A stretch of DNA of 64,000 nucleotides from Candidatus Bathyarchaeota archaeon (GTDB lineage: Archaea > Thermoproteota > Bathyarchaeia > Bathyarchaeales > Bathycorpusculaceae): assembly GCA_963815095.1 (NCBI GenBank), contig CAWFFH010000005.1, forward strand, positions 1 to 64,000, read 5' to 3'. Position 1 is the first letter of the stretch. Every line of letters begins with the position of its first letter. The notes beneath the pieces are model-generated. The model did not search any database and was not told where the DNA came from. It saw nothing but the letters and a program-made list of their open reading frames with translations. Position numbers and translations under genes: made by a program. Of this stretch, positions 24,403 to 33,760 are shown piece by piece.

Positions 24403-25863
24403 ATGAAAGTTAAAACTAAGCATTTTGCAGGGGTTTTTCTTATTTTCATGTTTTTGTTGGGGATCGCTCAACTATTCGTGCCGATAACTGAAGGTCAACA
24501 AAGTAGCTTGGTGGTTGATCGATCATATTGGTTGCGTTTGGCTAATAATGCTTGGAACTATTTTCAGCCGGGCGTTGGTGTAGATTCCTCGACAGGGCTT
24601 CATAGTGCTGGTTTGGGGTATCCTTATTTTACTGATTGGGATTTGGGTGTTTACATTCAAGCCATCATAGATGCTAACCAGTTAGGCATTTTAAGTAACA
24701 GCGGGACATGGGGAGCCGATGCAAGATTTAATCACATTTTGACGTTCCTTCAATCTCGCCAGCTTTCTACTAATGGTTTGCCCTATGTGTGGTACCAAGC
24801 GGCTAACGGAAATCCATATGTGACTGACGAACAAAACGCCGCTGATGCTGGCCAGTTGCTAGTAGCCCTTAATAATTTAAGAGTTTTCAGACCTGACTTC
24901 GCAGATTCAATTAACAACATTGTGTTGAATCGAACCAACTATGAGCCCTTAGAGCAAGCAGTTGATGTCTTAGCGAACTCAAAGAATCTCTATGATTATT
25001 ATGTTGCAAGTGGCTTTGCTAGTTTTTGGCCGAGCCGATTCTCAACGTTGGCAAGTTCTATTTTGAATAATATCGTGTCTGCCCCTACTGTTTCAACCTA
25101 TGGTGTAACGTTACCTTCCGCAAAATTAACAGGTGAACCTCTGCTTCTCTCAATTTTTAACCTCGCTCCAAACGCTAAGCTCAATGGCTTGGCTAACCAA
25201 GTCTATTCAGCTCAACAAGCAAGGTATACTGCAACAGGTAAGTTTGTTGCATTTAGCGAGGGGAATACTGGTTTGGATAATCCTTCATATGTTTATGAGT
25301 GGGTTGTGAAGGATGATGGTTCAACATGGTCAATCGATGATATTTCTCAGGTCCCAGTGGCTATTTCGCCAATGATTTATTTCAAAATAGCGGTTGGCAT
25401 GCTTGCTGTGAATGATACTTCTTTCACTGAAAACATGGTTTCATACATTGAGTCTCGCCTTCCTAATCCAAGTAACGGATATTCAGACGGAATTGATGAG
25501 AGCGGACGTGTTGATACTTCCAACATCGACAAAACCGACGGGATGATTATTGGCGCCGCTCTATACGCAATTAATAACCTGCCAAACACTAATCCATCAC
25601 CCACTCCAGTGCCAAATGGCCCTTCTTCGTCGCCAAGTATTGCGTCTTCTCTTAAAGATCAACTTACAAGTTGGGGCGTTTTAGTTTTTCTCGTCTTAGC
25701 CCTTGCCGTTTGGTGTCTACGCATTGCCCAAATAGTGATTAATCCAAAAGAAATAACAAGGCATAGAATGTTTTCTTTTTATCATTATTCAATTTTTTCT
25801 TTGCACAAGTTTAGACTTAGTCTGGTTTGGAGATTAAAAGTCCATATATATGACTTATCTTGA
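24403..25863 (+). CDS. Secreted, membrane-anchored DUF3131-like (alpha/alpha)-barrel glycoside-active protein
   Basis: Signal peptide, ANNAWNYF, FTDWDLGVY, GLPY..Y, ADAGQLLVAL and FVAFSEG motifs, and a C-terminal TM. Family assignment is from recall. Confidence 0.65.
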   Translation: MKVKTKHFAGVFLIFMFLLGIAQLFVPITEGQQSSLVVDRSYWLRLANNAWNYFQPGVGVDSSTGLHSAGLGYPYFTDWDLGVYIQAIIDANQLGILSNSGTWGADARFNHILTFLQSRQLSTNGLPYVWYQAANGNPYVTDEQNAADAGQLLVALNNLRVFRPDFADSINNIVLNRTNYEPLEQAVDVLANSKNLYDYYVASGFASFWPSRFSTLASSILNNIVSAPTVSTYGVTLPSAKLTGEPLLLSIFNLAPNAKLNGLANQVYSAQQARYTATGKFVAFSEGNTGLDNPSYVYEWVVKDDGSTWSIDDISQVPVAISPMIYFKIAVGMLAVNDTSFTENMVSYIESRLPNPSNGYSDGIDESGRVDTSNIDKTDGMIIGAALYAINNLPNTNPSPTPVPNGPSSSPSIASSLKDQLTSWGVLVFLVLALAVWCLRIAQIVINPKEITRHRMFSFYHYSIFSLHKFRLSLVWRLKVHIYDLS

Positions 25864-25904
25864 AACAATGTAGGTATTGAGCTGTTTGGGTTTAGGTTAA
25901 AACT

Positions 25905-26552
25905 TTGGATGTTGTAATAGTTACTCTATTGAGGGAAACATTAGGTAATACTGTAAAGTCCATAAACGAAGTTATTCCTAACCCGAACATTATCCTCATA
26001 ACTGGAAAAGGAACCATTGGTGATTTGCGGAACAAGGGCTTGCGCCAATGCCGTTCCAATTTAATGTGTTTTGTTGACGACGACATAGTTTTGAATAAGA
26101 GCTGGTACAAAAAGTGCATGCAAGCACTCCAAGACAACCCTGAAGTTATCGCGGTAGGCGGAAAAACGTCAATTCACCACACCCTCGGCTGCATGATCTG
26201 CAGAACAAAAGAATTCAAAGCTGCAGGAGGTTTTCCAAAACTTGACGACCAAGTTCTAAGAAAACTCGGCTCAAAAATAATAATCCTCGAAGATGCAATT
26301 TGTGAACATCTAATCAAAAGAGGAGTTGGACCCATTCAACACAATCTACATTTTCTATGCCATGGTTTCCAAACTACCCAAAGAGCCGGTTGGTGTTATA
26401 ATCCCAAAAAACAGCTTTTGATGATCTATTCCTTTTTTAAAGCAGGATACCCTGATTATGCTGTTGGATCCAGCGTGTGGCTAATTAAACCAATCTTTGT
26501 TTTTCCCTTCGTCATTGAAGATTTAATAGATCGCAAGAAAAAAGGAGGTTGA
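25905..26552 (+). CDS. Glycosyltransferase family 2
   Basis: LRNKGL...CFVDDDIVL (DxD) motif. Confidence 0.8.
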   Translation: MDVVIVTLLRETLGNTVKSINEVIPNPNIILITGKGTIGDLRNKGLRQCRSNLMCFVDDDIVLNKSWYKKCMQALQDNPEVIAVGGKTSIHHTLGCMICRTKEFKAAGGFPKLDDQVLRKLGSKIIILEDAICEHLIKRGVGPIQHNLHFLCHGFQTTQRAGWCYNPKKQLLMIYSFFKAGYPDYAVGSSVWLIKPIFVFPFVIEDLIDRKKKGG

Positions 26553-26556
26553 AGCT

Positions 26557-27789
26557 TTGAGCACACGCAATATCTGGTCACTTAACCTACGGCGAAGAGC
26601 ACCAAAAAGCGAATATAACCTACCCAATCTGATAACAAACGACAAAACAGGCGTGCGAGTATGCTTCATCTCTTCCTACCCCCCAAATCACGCCAGATTA
26701 AGTGAGTACGCACAAAACTTAGTTACCGAATTGGCCAGTAGACCCACAATTAACCAAATGAACGTATTAACAGATCAAACCTCCAACACAAAAAAAGAAT
26801 TACCGAAAAATCCAAAAATTAAGGTAGTGAGGGTTTGGAAACAAGATCGCCCACTATCAATTCTCGGTGTCATGGTTCAAGTCCTAAAAATCAAGCCAGA
26901 TGTGGTTCACTTTAGCATAGGATATCAAAGTTTTGGAAAAAGCAGAATTTCCAACTTCACAGGCTTATCACTAGTTTTTCTATGCCGACTTTGCGGTCTC
27001 AAAGTTATAGTTATTCTACACAATTTAGCAGCACTCGTTGATCTTAAGAAAGTTAACCAAAAACCAAGCTTCACAAACAAAGCAGGCATCATGGTAGCAA
27101 CTAGGTTACTTCTATCTGCCTCAAGAGTCGTCGTTATGGTAAAATCTTACGAAGCCTACCTAAAAAAACACTACAACAACAAAGGAATACTTTTCATTCC
27201 ACACGGCAGCATGAGCCAAAACTGCAAATCAATAGATCCAGAGGACAAAATAATTTTGATGTTTGGCCACATGGGACCCTTCAAAGGACTCCCAACCATG
27301 CTCAAAGCCTTCGAAAAGATTACCAAAGAAAGAAATGATGTTCAACTCATCATCGCCGGCACAAGTCACCCCAACTTTCCAACATACCTAGACGAATTCA
27401 TCAAAAACGCACCGCCAAAAGTTGTTTTCACGGGGTATGTGCCTGAAAAAGATCTATGCAAAATCTTCGGAATCGCCGATGTCGTAGTTACTCCCTATTT
27501 ACTTGCAACAGGGACCAGCGGTGTGTTTCATTTGGCTTGCGGGTTCGGAAAACCCATCGTATCTTCAGATCTGCCGGAAATCAGAGAATTAGTTTCCAGC
27601 GGCGCCACGGCGCACTTAGTCACCCCTGGCGATGCAGACGCCCTCAAAAACGCAATCCTAAAAGTTCTCGACAACAAAGAAGCAGCCACCAAAATGGCCG
27701 AGCAGAACCTAAAGTTTGCTCAAAAAGAACGCTTAAGCCTCATAGCGCAGACCTACGAAGAAACCTATCTGGAACTCCTTAAACCATAA
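26557..27789 (+). CDS. Glycosyltransferase family 4
   Basis: ISSYPP, FGHMGPFKG, FTGYVPE and TSGVFHLACGFGKPIVSSDL motifs. Confidence 0.9.
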   Translation: MSTRNIWSLNLRRRAPKSEYNLPNLITNDKTGVRVCFISSYPPNHARLSEYAQNLVTELASRPTINQMNVLTDQTSNTKKELPKNPKIKVVRVWKQDRPLSILGVMVQVLKIKPDVVHFSIGYQSFGKSRISNFTGLSLVFLCRLCGLKVIVILHNLAALVDLKKVNQKPSFTNKAGIMVATRLLLSASRVVVMVKSYEAYLKKHYNNKGILFIPHGSMSQNCKSIDPEDKIILMFGHMGPFKGLPTMLKAFEKITKERNDVQLIIAGTSHPNFPTYLDEFIKNAPPKVVFTGYVPEKDLCKIFGIADVVVTPYLLATGTSGVFHLACGFGKPIVSSDLPEIRELVSSGATAHLVTPGDADALKNAILKVLDNKEAATKMAEQNLKFAQKERLSLIAQTYEETYLELLKP

Positions 27790-27959
27790 CAAATCAGCTG
27801 TTAGCTCCAAAATCCCGCTCATTGTTTCAAAAATTTTTTTCAGCCATAATAGAGCCAGAGAAGTTGTTGCTGCTGCTGCTGCAACAGGATTTCACACAGA
27901 GTTGCAACAACAATCAAACACTAATCCCCATCAAAACTAACGGCAAAATTGGAAAAAAA

Positions 27960-28008
27960 TTGTGTCGTCACCATTCTCCAAAATGTTGGGGTTGGCAAGC
28001 ACCTAAAC
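27960..28008 (+). repeat. Hairpin repeat copy 1 of 4
   Basis: TTGTGTCGTCACCATTCTCCAAAATGTTGGGGTTGGCAAGCACCTAAAC. Confidence 0.85.
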
Positions 28009-28112
28009 TTAACTCCGTTTTAATCATTGAGTCATTGCCCTTTTTATTTAGCCCAAAACGGTGGCAAAACATATATAATTACATTTGATATATACTGTAT
28101 TACGTGTAGGTT

Positions 28113-28412
28113 ATGTCCGAGTCTGAAACAATCTGTCTAAGACTATCCAAAGAAACAGCAAAAAAACTTCGGGAAATAGCTAAGAAAGAAGAAAAAGACC
28201 GATCAACTTTGATACGCGAAATTTTAGAAGAAGGTCTCGAAGAAAAAAACATAGAGCATGCCATAGAACTATACCAAAAAGGGCGTATAACAGGCTGGAA
28301 AGCAGCTCAGTTAGCAAACATTTCGCTGTGGAACTTCTATAAACTCTTAGCTGAAAAAGGTATCTTGCTACAATATTCTCAACAAGACCTCGAAGAAGAC
28401 CTCAAACCCTAA
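28113..28412 (+). CDS. UPF0175-family antitoxin (RHH plus HTH)
   Basis: ICLRL...DRSTLIRE RHH, then AIELYQKGRITGWKAAQLA. Confidence 0.85.
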   Translation: MSESETICLRLSKETAKKLREIAKKEEKDRSTLIREILEEGLEEKNIEHAIELYQKGRITGWKAAQLANISLWNFYKLLAEKGILLQYSQQDLEEDLKP

Positions 28413-28423
28413 AGGAAGAGACC

Positions 28424-28954
28424 TTGCCCGTAATCTCAGACACCAGTCCCCTGATATGGCTTGCGAAGGTGGGTAGAATAACTCTGCTAAAAGACCTTTT
28501 TGGGGAAGTCATTGTACCTCAAGAAGTGTACCTAGAAGCCGTAGAAAAAGGCTTACAATTCGGATTCACCGATGCCCAAGTCATAAAAGAATGCATAGAT
28601 GAAGGCTGGATAAAGCTCGCCAAACTAAACTCCAACGACCAAAGTTTACTCCAAAAGATCTCTGAGCATGCCTTGGAAATTCACTCAGGGGAAGCGCAGG
28701 CAATAGTTTTGGCTCGGGAAATGAAATTGCTGCTGCTGATGGATGAATCAGCTGGACGCGCATTCGCAGAAGCTTGGGGGCTAAAAGTAAAGGGAACAAT
28801 CTACGTGATCATATCAGCCCTCAGACGCGGTCTTATCACAGAAACCCAAGCTAAAGAAACCGTGTTAACCATGGTGACTAAGGGTTTTCGTTTAGAACCA
28901 ACTCTACTTGCGAGGTTAATTATCGAAATAGAAAAGACTCAGCTCAAAAAATAA
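28424..28954 (+). CDS. DUF3368 PIN-domain toxin
   Basis: VISDTSPLIWL, GEAQAIVLA, LLMDE and GTI motifs. Confidence 0.88.
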   Translation: MPVISDTSPLIWLAKVGRITLLKDLFGEVIVPQEVYLEAVEKGLQFGFTDAQVIKECIDEGWIKLAKLNSNDQSLLQKISEHALEIHSGEAQAIVLAREMKLLLLMDESAGRAFAEAWGLKVKGTIYVIISALRRGLITETQAKETVLTMVTKGFRLEPTLLARLIIEIEKTQLKK

Positions 28955-29007
28955 TCACTCCTCCATTCGCCATTTTTCTGTAAAAATAATAAAGCAATTA
29001 GAAAATA

Positions 29008-29055
29008 GTTGTGCCGTCATCATTCTCCACATTTGGGGTTGGCGAGCACCTAAAC
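29008..29055 (+). repeat. Hairpin repeat copy 2 of 4
   Basis: GTTGTGCCGTCATCATTCTCCACATTTGGGGTTGGCGAGCACCTAAAC. Confidence 0.85.
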
Positions 29056-29098
29056 ATGATTAGATCCAGTAAAACACAAACATCAAAATGAAATGGAC

Positions 29099-29443
29099 CT
29101 ACTTAAAGTCGCTATCGAGCACTTCTTTAATTAACGGCTTTAAAACTGGTAAATCTAAACACACGGCATCCCAGAGTATTTCTAGTTTAATGTAAGAATA
29201 TCCGTGAATTATTTTGTCTCTTATTCCAGCCATTTGTTTCCATGGGATTTGAGGATACATTTTCTTGGTTTCTGCTGGGATATGTTTGGTGGCTTCACCT
29301 ATGATTGCAAAATCCATTGTTACAGCTCGAATTGCCATCTTATTTTTGGTGAACTCTTCGAAAGTGGTGTTTTTGGTGAATTCTTCTATTTCTTCGATTG
29401 ATTCAAGGATGTCCACAAAATAGACTCGAAGTTGCTTGGTCAT
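29099..29443 (-). CDS. hepT: HEPN (DUF86) ribonuclease toxin
   Basis: IIGEATKHIP and PWKQMAGIRDKIIHGY (Rx4H motif). Confidence 0.92.
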   Translation of the reverse strand: MTKQLRVYFVDILESIEEIEEFTKNTTFEEFTKNKMAIRAVTMDFAIIGEATKHIPAETKKMYPQIPWKQMAGIRDKIIHGYSYIKLEILWDAVCLDLPVLKPLIKEVLDSDFK

Positions 29444-29739
29444 ACGTAAACAACTTCACTTAGTATTTGGTCTTTGAGAGTTGGTTTCAAACCGCCCCTT
29501 GCAACCAAATCTACCTTTACCCCAAGATGCTTGCTTAAAAAAATCTCCAACTCTACATACCTTAAAAGTCCCAAGTGGGCATTGTTTGAAAACTCGACTA
29601 GTACGTCTACGTCACTTTTCTTGGTTTGTTCTCCACGAACATAAGAACCAAAGACTCCTATGGTTTCTACTTGAAATTTCTCTTCCAGGATCGGCTTTAG
29701 CTCTTCTAGCTTCTTTTTGATGTATTTGGTGCTCTTCAC
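29440..29739 (-). CDS. mntA: Minimal nucleotidyltransferase antitoxin
   Basis: FGSYVRGEQTKKSDVDVLVEF and GVKVDLV. Likely GTG start at 29739. Confidence 0.9.
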   Translation of the reverse strand: MKSTKYIKKKLEELKPILEEKFQVETIGVFGSYVRGEQTKKSDVDVLVEFSNNAHLGLLRYVELEIFLSKHLGVKVDLVARGGLKPTLKDQILSEVVYV

Positions 29740-29854
29740 TTTGGTCCTGTTACAATAGGGCTTTAACCTTTTTAAATTCGTCGTCGGTCCAATTCGGTTT
29801 GGGCAAAAACTCGCAGGCAAAGACAGCTGACAGCCATTAGTTGATATGGAAAGT

Positions 29855-30038
29855 GGTTGTGCCGTCATCGTTCTCCATTAGTCTGGGTTTGGCGCGCACT
29901 TAAACCTGATTACGTTTTTCTCATATAACGGAAACTTCAGTATCCATAAGTTCTTGTTTTCAGCAGCCGGAACGTGACATATGCAAACGCATTCAAAAGC
30001 CCTTCAAAGCCTGTGCAACAAAAGCAACCCAAAACAAA
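29855..30038 (+). repeat. Hairpin repeat copy 3 (29855-29906) plus ~130-bp extension shared with copy 4
   Basis: GGTTGTGCCGTCATCGTTCTCCATTAGTCTGGGTTTGGCGCGCACTTAAACC, then TAACGG...TATGCA...CTGTGC...AAAGCAACC.AAAACAAA. Confidence 0.8.
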
Positions 30039-30074
30039 CCCCACCACAAAGTGCAAACACATATTCTTCCCCTG

Positions 30075-30293
30075 TCACTGGGTAGGCTGATTTAGCTTTT
30101 GATTTAACAGATGATCTTTGTGGACGTACTGCAATGAAACGGTTATTCGGTTTCTACTGAGGCTGTTTCGTATTTCATTGTTTATTCTTGCATTGCTTTT
30201 TCCTTTGCTTGCATGTCCAAAGCGAGTTATTTCCCAATTTTTCATGTCGCCTCTGATAATCTGAGGGTTACTTGTCAAGATGTAGAAGGGCAT
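30075..30293 (-). pseudogene. Probable C-terminal remnant of a larger protein (possibly GNAT-like)
   Basis: PFYILTSNPQIIRG..WEITRFGH reads like real protein but lacks an N-terminus. The family call is recall only. Confidence 0.35.
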
Positions 30294-30455
30294 TTTTGTT
30301 TGTGAACAGAAGTCTAAAGGGTTGGCCCTTTGTAATGAAAGAGGAGAAGATTATTTTTGGAAATCGAATCATAATATACTCTTAACCAAGTAAGAGTTTA
30401 ACAGGCGTTAATTTAAAAGAATAAATCACGAAATATCTGTATCTCCTGGCGGGGG

Positions 30456-32090
30456 TTATTGGAATCGAGTGACGTGCTTTCTAGCTAACAAAGTAAGCGC
30501 GACCATGACTAAAGCTAACGGTAAAATGAAGACGGCTGGAATTTCTGGTATCGGAGTTGGGGATGGAGTTGTATCGAGACTACTATTTTGGTTTGGAGTG
30601 TTGGTTGGTTGAGGCGTTTGGGGTAAAGAAGTTGGAGTTGCTGTTGGATTCGAAGAGGGATTAGATGTTGGGTTAGTTGTTGGCGTAGCTGTTGGGGCAA
30701 GTGTAGGTGTTGGTGTTGGAGTTGGAGAAGCAGTTGGAGTTGGCGTGGGCGTTGGTGTTGGGGTCAGATATGGCAAGCCTGGAATGGAATATGGGGTCAT
30801 CAGCGGAAAACGGTCCTCATTGCCTGAGTTAATTACATAGGGAGCATCGCCTATTCCATCCTTGTTGAAGTCTAAGCCTGCATAGTCTCCCCAGTAATTT
30901 CCGCCAGAGGGATAGCCGTTGTCCCAGTTATTGGTAATGTTATCAAAGAATTGGGTTGGCTTAAACACTATATTGTTGTGGAAAAATGTGTTGTTCCAAG
31001 AAGAAATAATTGATATAGTTTCTCCAACCCATCCAGTAGTATTAAAGTTGTTTCCCGTTATGCTGTTCTCGTAAATCAAACTATTATTAGAGTAAGCAAT
31101 GTCTAAAGAAGTAACCGGGTTGTTTACCATGTTGTTCCAATATATTTTGCAACTTAAAGAATCAACTATAGCAATGCCGCTCCATAAGCTATTTGTCACG
31201 GTGTTGTTAAAGACTGTAATGTTTGAAGAGAAGTAAACACCAATTGATGCATCTCCCCATCCAGACCGGTTAAGAAAGTTGTCGTAAACAATGATGTCGT
31301 TTGAGCTTTCGACATCTATTCCATCGGTCTCGCAGTTTGTGACCGTATTTTGAAAAATGCTGTTGTTAGATGTTACAAACAGCTTTATTGCCGTGGAGTC
31401 GTTGTTTGCGGTATTTCCGTAAATTTGATTGCCGGTGGAAGAATACCATAGGTAAATGCCGTCTAGAGTGTCGTTGACGCTATTGTTAAAAATCTGGTTG
31501 TTTTGAGAAATTTGAATAACTATCCCAAAGGTTTGGGATTCTGATCCTTGTCCAACGATAAGATTGTTTGAAAAAATACTGTTGCTCACGGTGTAACCAT
31601 AGATGGCATAGCCATTGTTGTTGGTGATTTTGTTTCCAGTTATAATTTCTGCGGATGAGTGATCTATTAGAATACCTTGATTGAAGTTGGTTATGGCGGT
31701 GTTTCGCACTGTTACATTGTTAGTTTGAGTTATGTTGATTCCTACTCCAACGCCTGATCCTAAGAGAGAATATCCTGACCCATCAATTACTATGTTATTT
31801 CGTTGTATACAAATTGAGGTTGAACTAATATTATTGGTGAAATTGTAAATGTTCCCGTTATGATTAATGGGTGCTGATGAAGGATCTACGCTTCCGTCGG
31901 CTCGGATATAGATTGTTCCGGAGTCCTGTGAAGCTACTGATTTGATAAAGGTCAGCGACAAGAAAGTTATGCATATTATAAGCAGTATCGCTATTGTCTT
32001 TGTCTTTTTCAAGCAAATCCCGTTTGCTAGGTAACTGAGAGGTTCTAATAAGAATTGTGTATTGCGATACAACGCGTTGACGGTGGTCAT
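30456..32090 (-). CDS. NosD/CASH right-handed beta-helix surface protein with PT linker and PEF-CTERM-like anchor
   Basis: IYIRADGSVDP, Asn-rich beta-helix repeats, GNYWGDY...DGIGDAPY...DRFPL, and IPE-TM-RK tail. Confidence 0.88.
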   Translation of the reverse strand: MTTVNALYRNTQFLLEPLSYLANGICLKKTKTIAILLIICITFLSLTFIKSVASQDSGTIYIRADGSVDPSSAPINHNGNIYNFTNNISSTSICIQRNNIVIDGSGYSLLGSGVGVGINITQTNNVTVRNTAITNFNQGILIDHSSAEIITGNKITNNNGYAIYGYTVSNSIFSNNLIVGQGSESQTFGIVIQISQNNQIFNNSVNDTLDGIYLWYSSTGNQIYGNTANNDSTAIKLFVTSNNSIFQNTVTNCETDGIDVESSNDIIVYDNFLNRSGWGDASIGVYFSSNITVFNNTVTNSLWSGIAIVDSLSCKIYWNNMVNNPVTSLDIAYSNNSLIYENSITGNNFNTTGWVGETISIISSWNNTFFHNNIVFKPTQFFDNITNNWDNGYPSGGNYWGDYAGLDFNKDGIGDAPYVINSGNEDRFPLMTPYSIPGLPYLTPTPTPTPTPTASPTPTPTPTLAPTATPTTNPTSNPSSNPTATPTSLPQTPQPTNTPNQNSSLDTTPSPTPIPEIPAVFILPLALVMVALTLLARKHVTRFQ

Positions 32091-32220
32091 AATAACATTT
32101 GTTATGGCATCGTTAAAAGTTAGGGGTTGACTGCTCTCGCCTGTACTCCATGTTAACTGAGGCGTTTTGAAGTCACCGAAGAAAAAAAGTTGTGCAGGTG
32201 ACGTCTTCCATTTGGAACAA

Positions 32221-32243
32221 GTTCAAATTCCAGTCGTCCTCCA
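32221..32243 (+). other. Possible highly degenerate tRNA 3'-end fragment
   Basis: GTTCAAATTCCAGTCGTCCTCCA resembles GTTCAAATCCC...CCA. Confidence 0.3.
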
Positions 32244-32350
32244 TTTCAATTTTGTTGCCAAAACTTTAGTTAAGAAACTTTGATATCAAACCTTTTTAGT
32301 ACAGAAAATTTTATTAGGTTTTGAGTTGCAGACTCTGACTCAGGGATGGC

Positions 32351-33760
32351 ATGATAAACTCGATTTCTAAAAGCGCCTTTGGAATTGTCACAGCGTTTAT
32401 TTTTTGCTTGCTTATTTTGTCTCCAATCATAAGTGCAAATACTTTACCAGCATGGGTCAAGACTTACGGGGCTCCAGAGATCGATAGTTATCCGATCAGG
32501 AATTTTGTCTTTCAGCGAAGTGAGGGCGGGTATGCTTTGTTTAGAGATAGCGAGCAAGAGTCTAACAACACGGTAATTCATCACCTTTGGTTCTCTGAGG
32601 TTGACATACAAGGAAAAACATTATTGGAAAAAGAGATTCTCTTGAATTCAGGTTACTCCCAAGTAATTCAGTCATCAGATGGTGGCTATGCAATTTTGGT
32701 TACCGGTGGGCTTGTCAAGCTCGACTCTGAAGGCAACATCCTATGGAGCCAAACATATGAAGGCGAATACACACTCGTTTTTTTGGATTCAATTTGCCAG
32801 ACAAAGGAAGGAGGCTTTATGATAGGCGGCATTATCAGTGGATATACTGGTCATTCAGAAGTAATCGGCAATACAAGAACTACTTACGAGTACCCTGAAC
32901 AATCTTGCCTAATCAAAGTGGATTCTACGGGTAAATTTGAATGGAACCAAACTTTTTCCATCGAGGACATGCCTACGCATCTGGTATCGGTGGTTCAAAC
33001 AAGTGATGGCGGTTACGCTGTAGCGGGAACGAGTGATGGTCAATATACGTCTTCTATTGCGCAGATTTTTTTTGCTAAAACAGACAATTCAGGAAACGTT
33101 CTTTGGGACAAATTGATCGGGGTAGAAAACGTCCAAGAGTATCCGACTTCGATGTTTCAGACAAGCGACGGCGGCTATATTATTGCAGGCGTACTGGCGA
33201 AGAATTCTTCTGCGAGTGCGCCGGAGTTGGTTAAACTTGATTCGACTGGCAATATTCAATGGCAACAACTATACGGTGGAGACCTAACTGCAGTAATTGC
33301 TTCGGTGATTCAAACAAACGACGGCGGTTACGTTTTTGCAGGAGATAAACAAGCGAGCGACACAAGTGACAACGTTTATGGATTTAATTTCTGGTTAGTT
33401 AATGTTGATTCTAAAGGCAATACACAGTGGGAACACTTATTTCCACTCTCAAGCTACGACTTTACTAATCAAGTTATTCAAACCAATGACAACGGATACC
33501 TTATAACAGGATACACCAGCCCTGATAGCAATTCTTTGTTGATTCCTTGTTTGATAAAGACTGATGAAAACGGCAATACATCCGACTTGTCTTTGCAGGA
33601 TGCTTCTAATCCTTCACCATCCATCCCAGAGTTAGCGTTATGGATAATTCTGCCCCTATTCATGGTAGCAACATTACTGACTTTGGTATTTGTTAGAAGA
33701 AAAACCCCAAAAACACCCTATTCACCCAAAAAACACGGAACAGCAAATGGTTGTGCCTAA
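32351..33760 (+). CDS. Secreted beta-propeller repeat surface protein with PEF-CTERM-like anchor
   Basis: Repeated QTSDGGY...G...K.DS.GN..W units, signal peptide, and IPE-TM-RRK tail. Confidence 0.85.
   Translation: MINSISKSAFGIVTAFIFCLLILSPIISANTLPAWVKTYGAPEIDSYPIRNFVFQRSEGGYALFRDSEQESNNTVIHHLWFSEVDIQGKTLLEKEILLNSGYSQVIQSSDGGYAILVTGGLVKLDSEGNILWSQTYEGEYTLVFLDSICQTKEGGFMIGGIISGYTGHSEVIGNTRTTYEYPEQSCLIKVDSTGKFEWNQTFSIEDMPTHLVSVVQTSDGGYAVAGTSDGQYTSSIAQIFFAKTDNSGNVLWDKLIGVENVQEYPTSMFQTSDGGYIIAGVLAKNSSASAPELVKLDSTGNIQWQQLYGGDLTAVIASVIQTNDGGYVFAGDKQASDTSDNVYGFNFWLVNVDSKGNTQWEHLFPLSSYDFTNQVIQTNDNGYLITGYTSPDSNSLLIPCLIKTDENGNTSDLSLQDASNPSPSIPELALWIILPLFMVATLLTLVFVRRKTPKTPYSPKKHGTANGCA

Noticed and set aside
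27862-27911. (GCT)n run with GTTGTTGC/GCAACAAC inverted repeat
   Set aside because: Single occurrence and low complexity. At most a terminator-like hairpin.
29740-29868. N-terminal extension of the MNT ORF (MTAQPLSISTNG...)
   Set aside because: It starts inside repeat copy 3. The MNT domain fits a GTG start at 29739.
30540-30770. GTTGG tandem-like repeats (also near 3690-3780 and 50480-50620)
   Set aside because: They encode Pro/Thr linkers of surface proteins.
30456-32090. NosD-like and NosL-like genes as evidence of N2O reduction
   Set aside because: No nosZ in the window, and NosD/CASH beta-helices are common archaeal surface domains.
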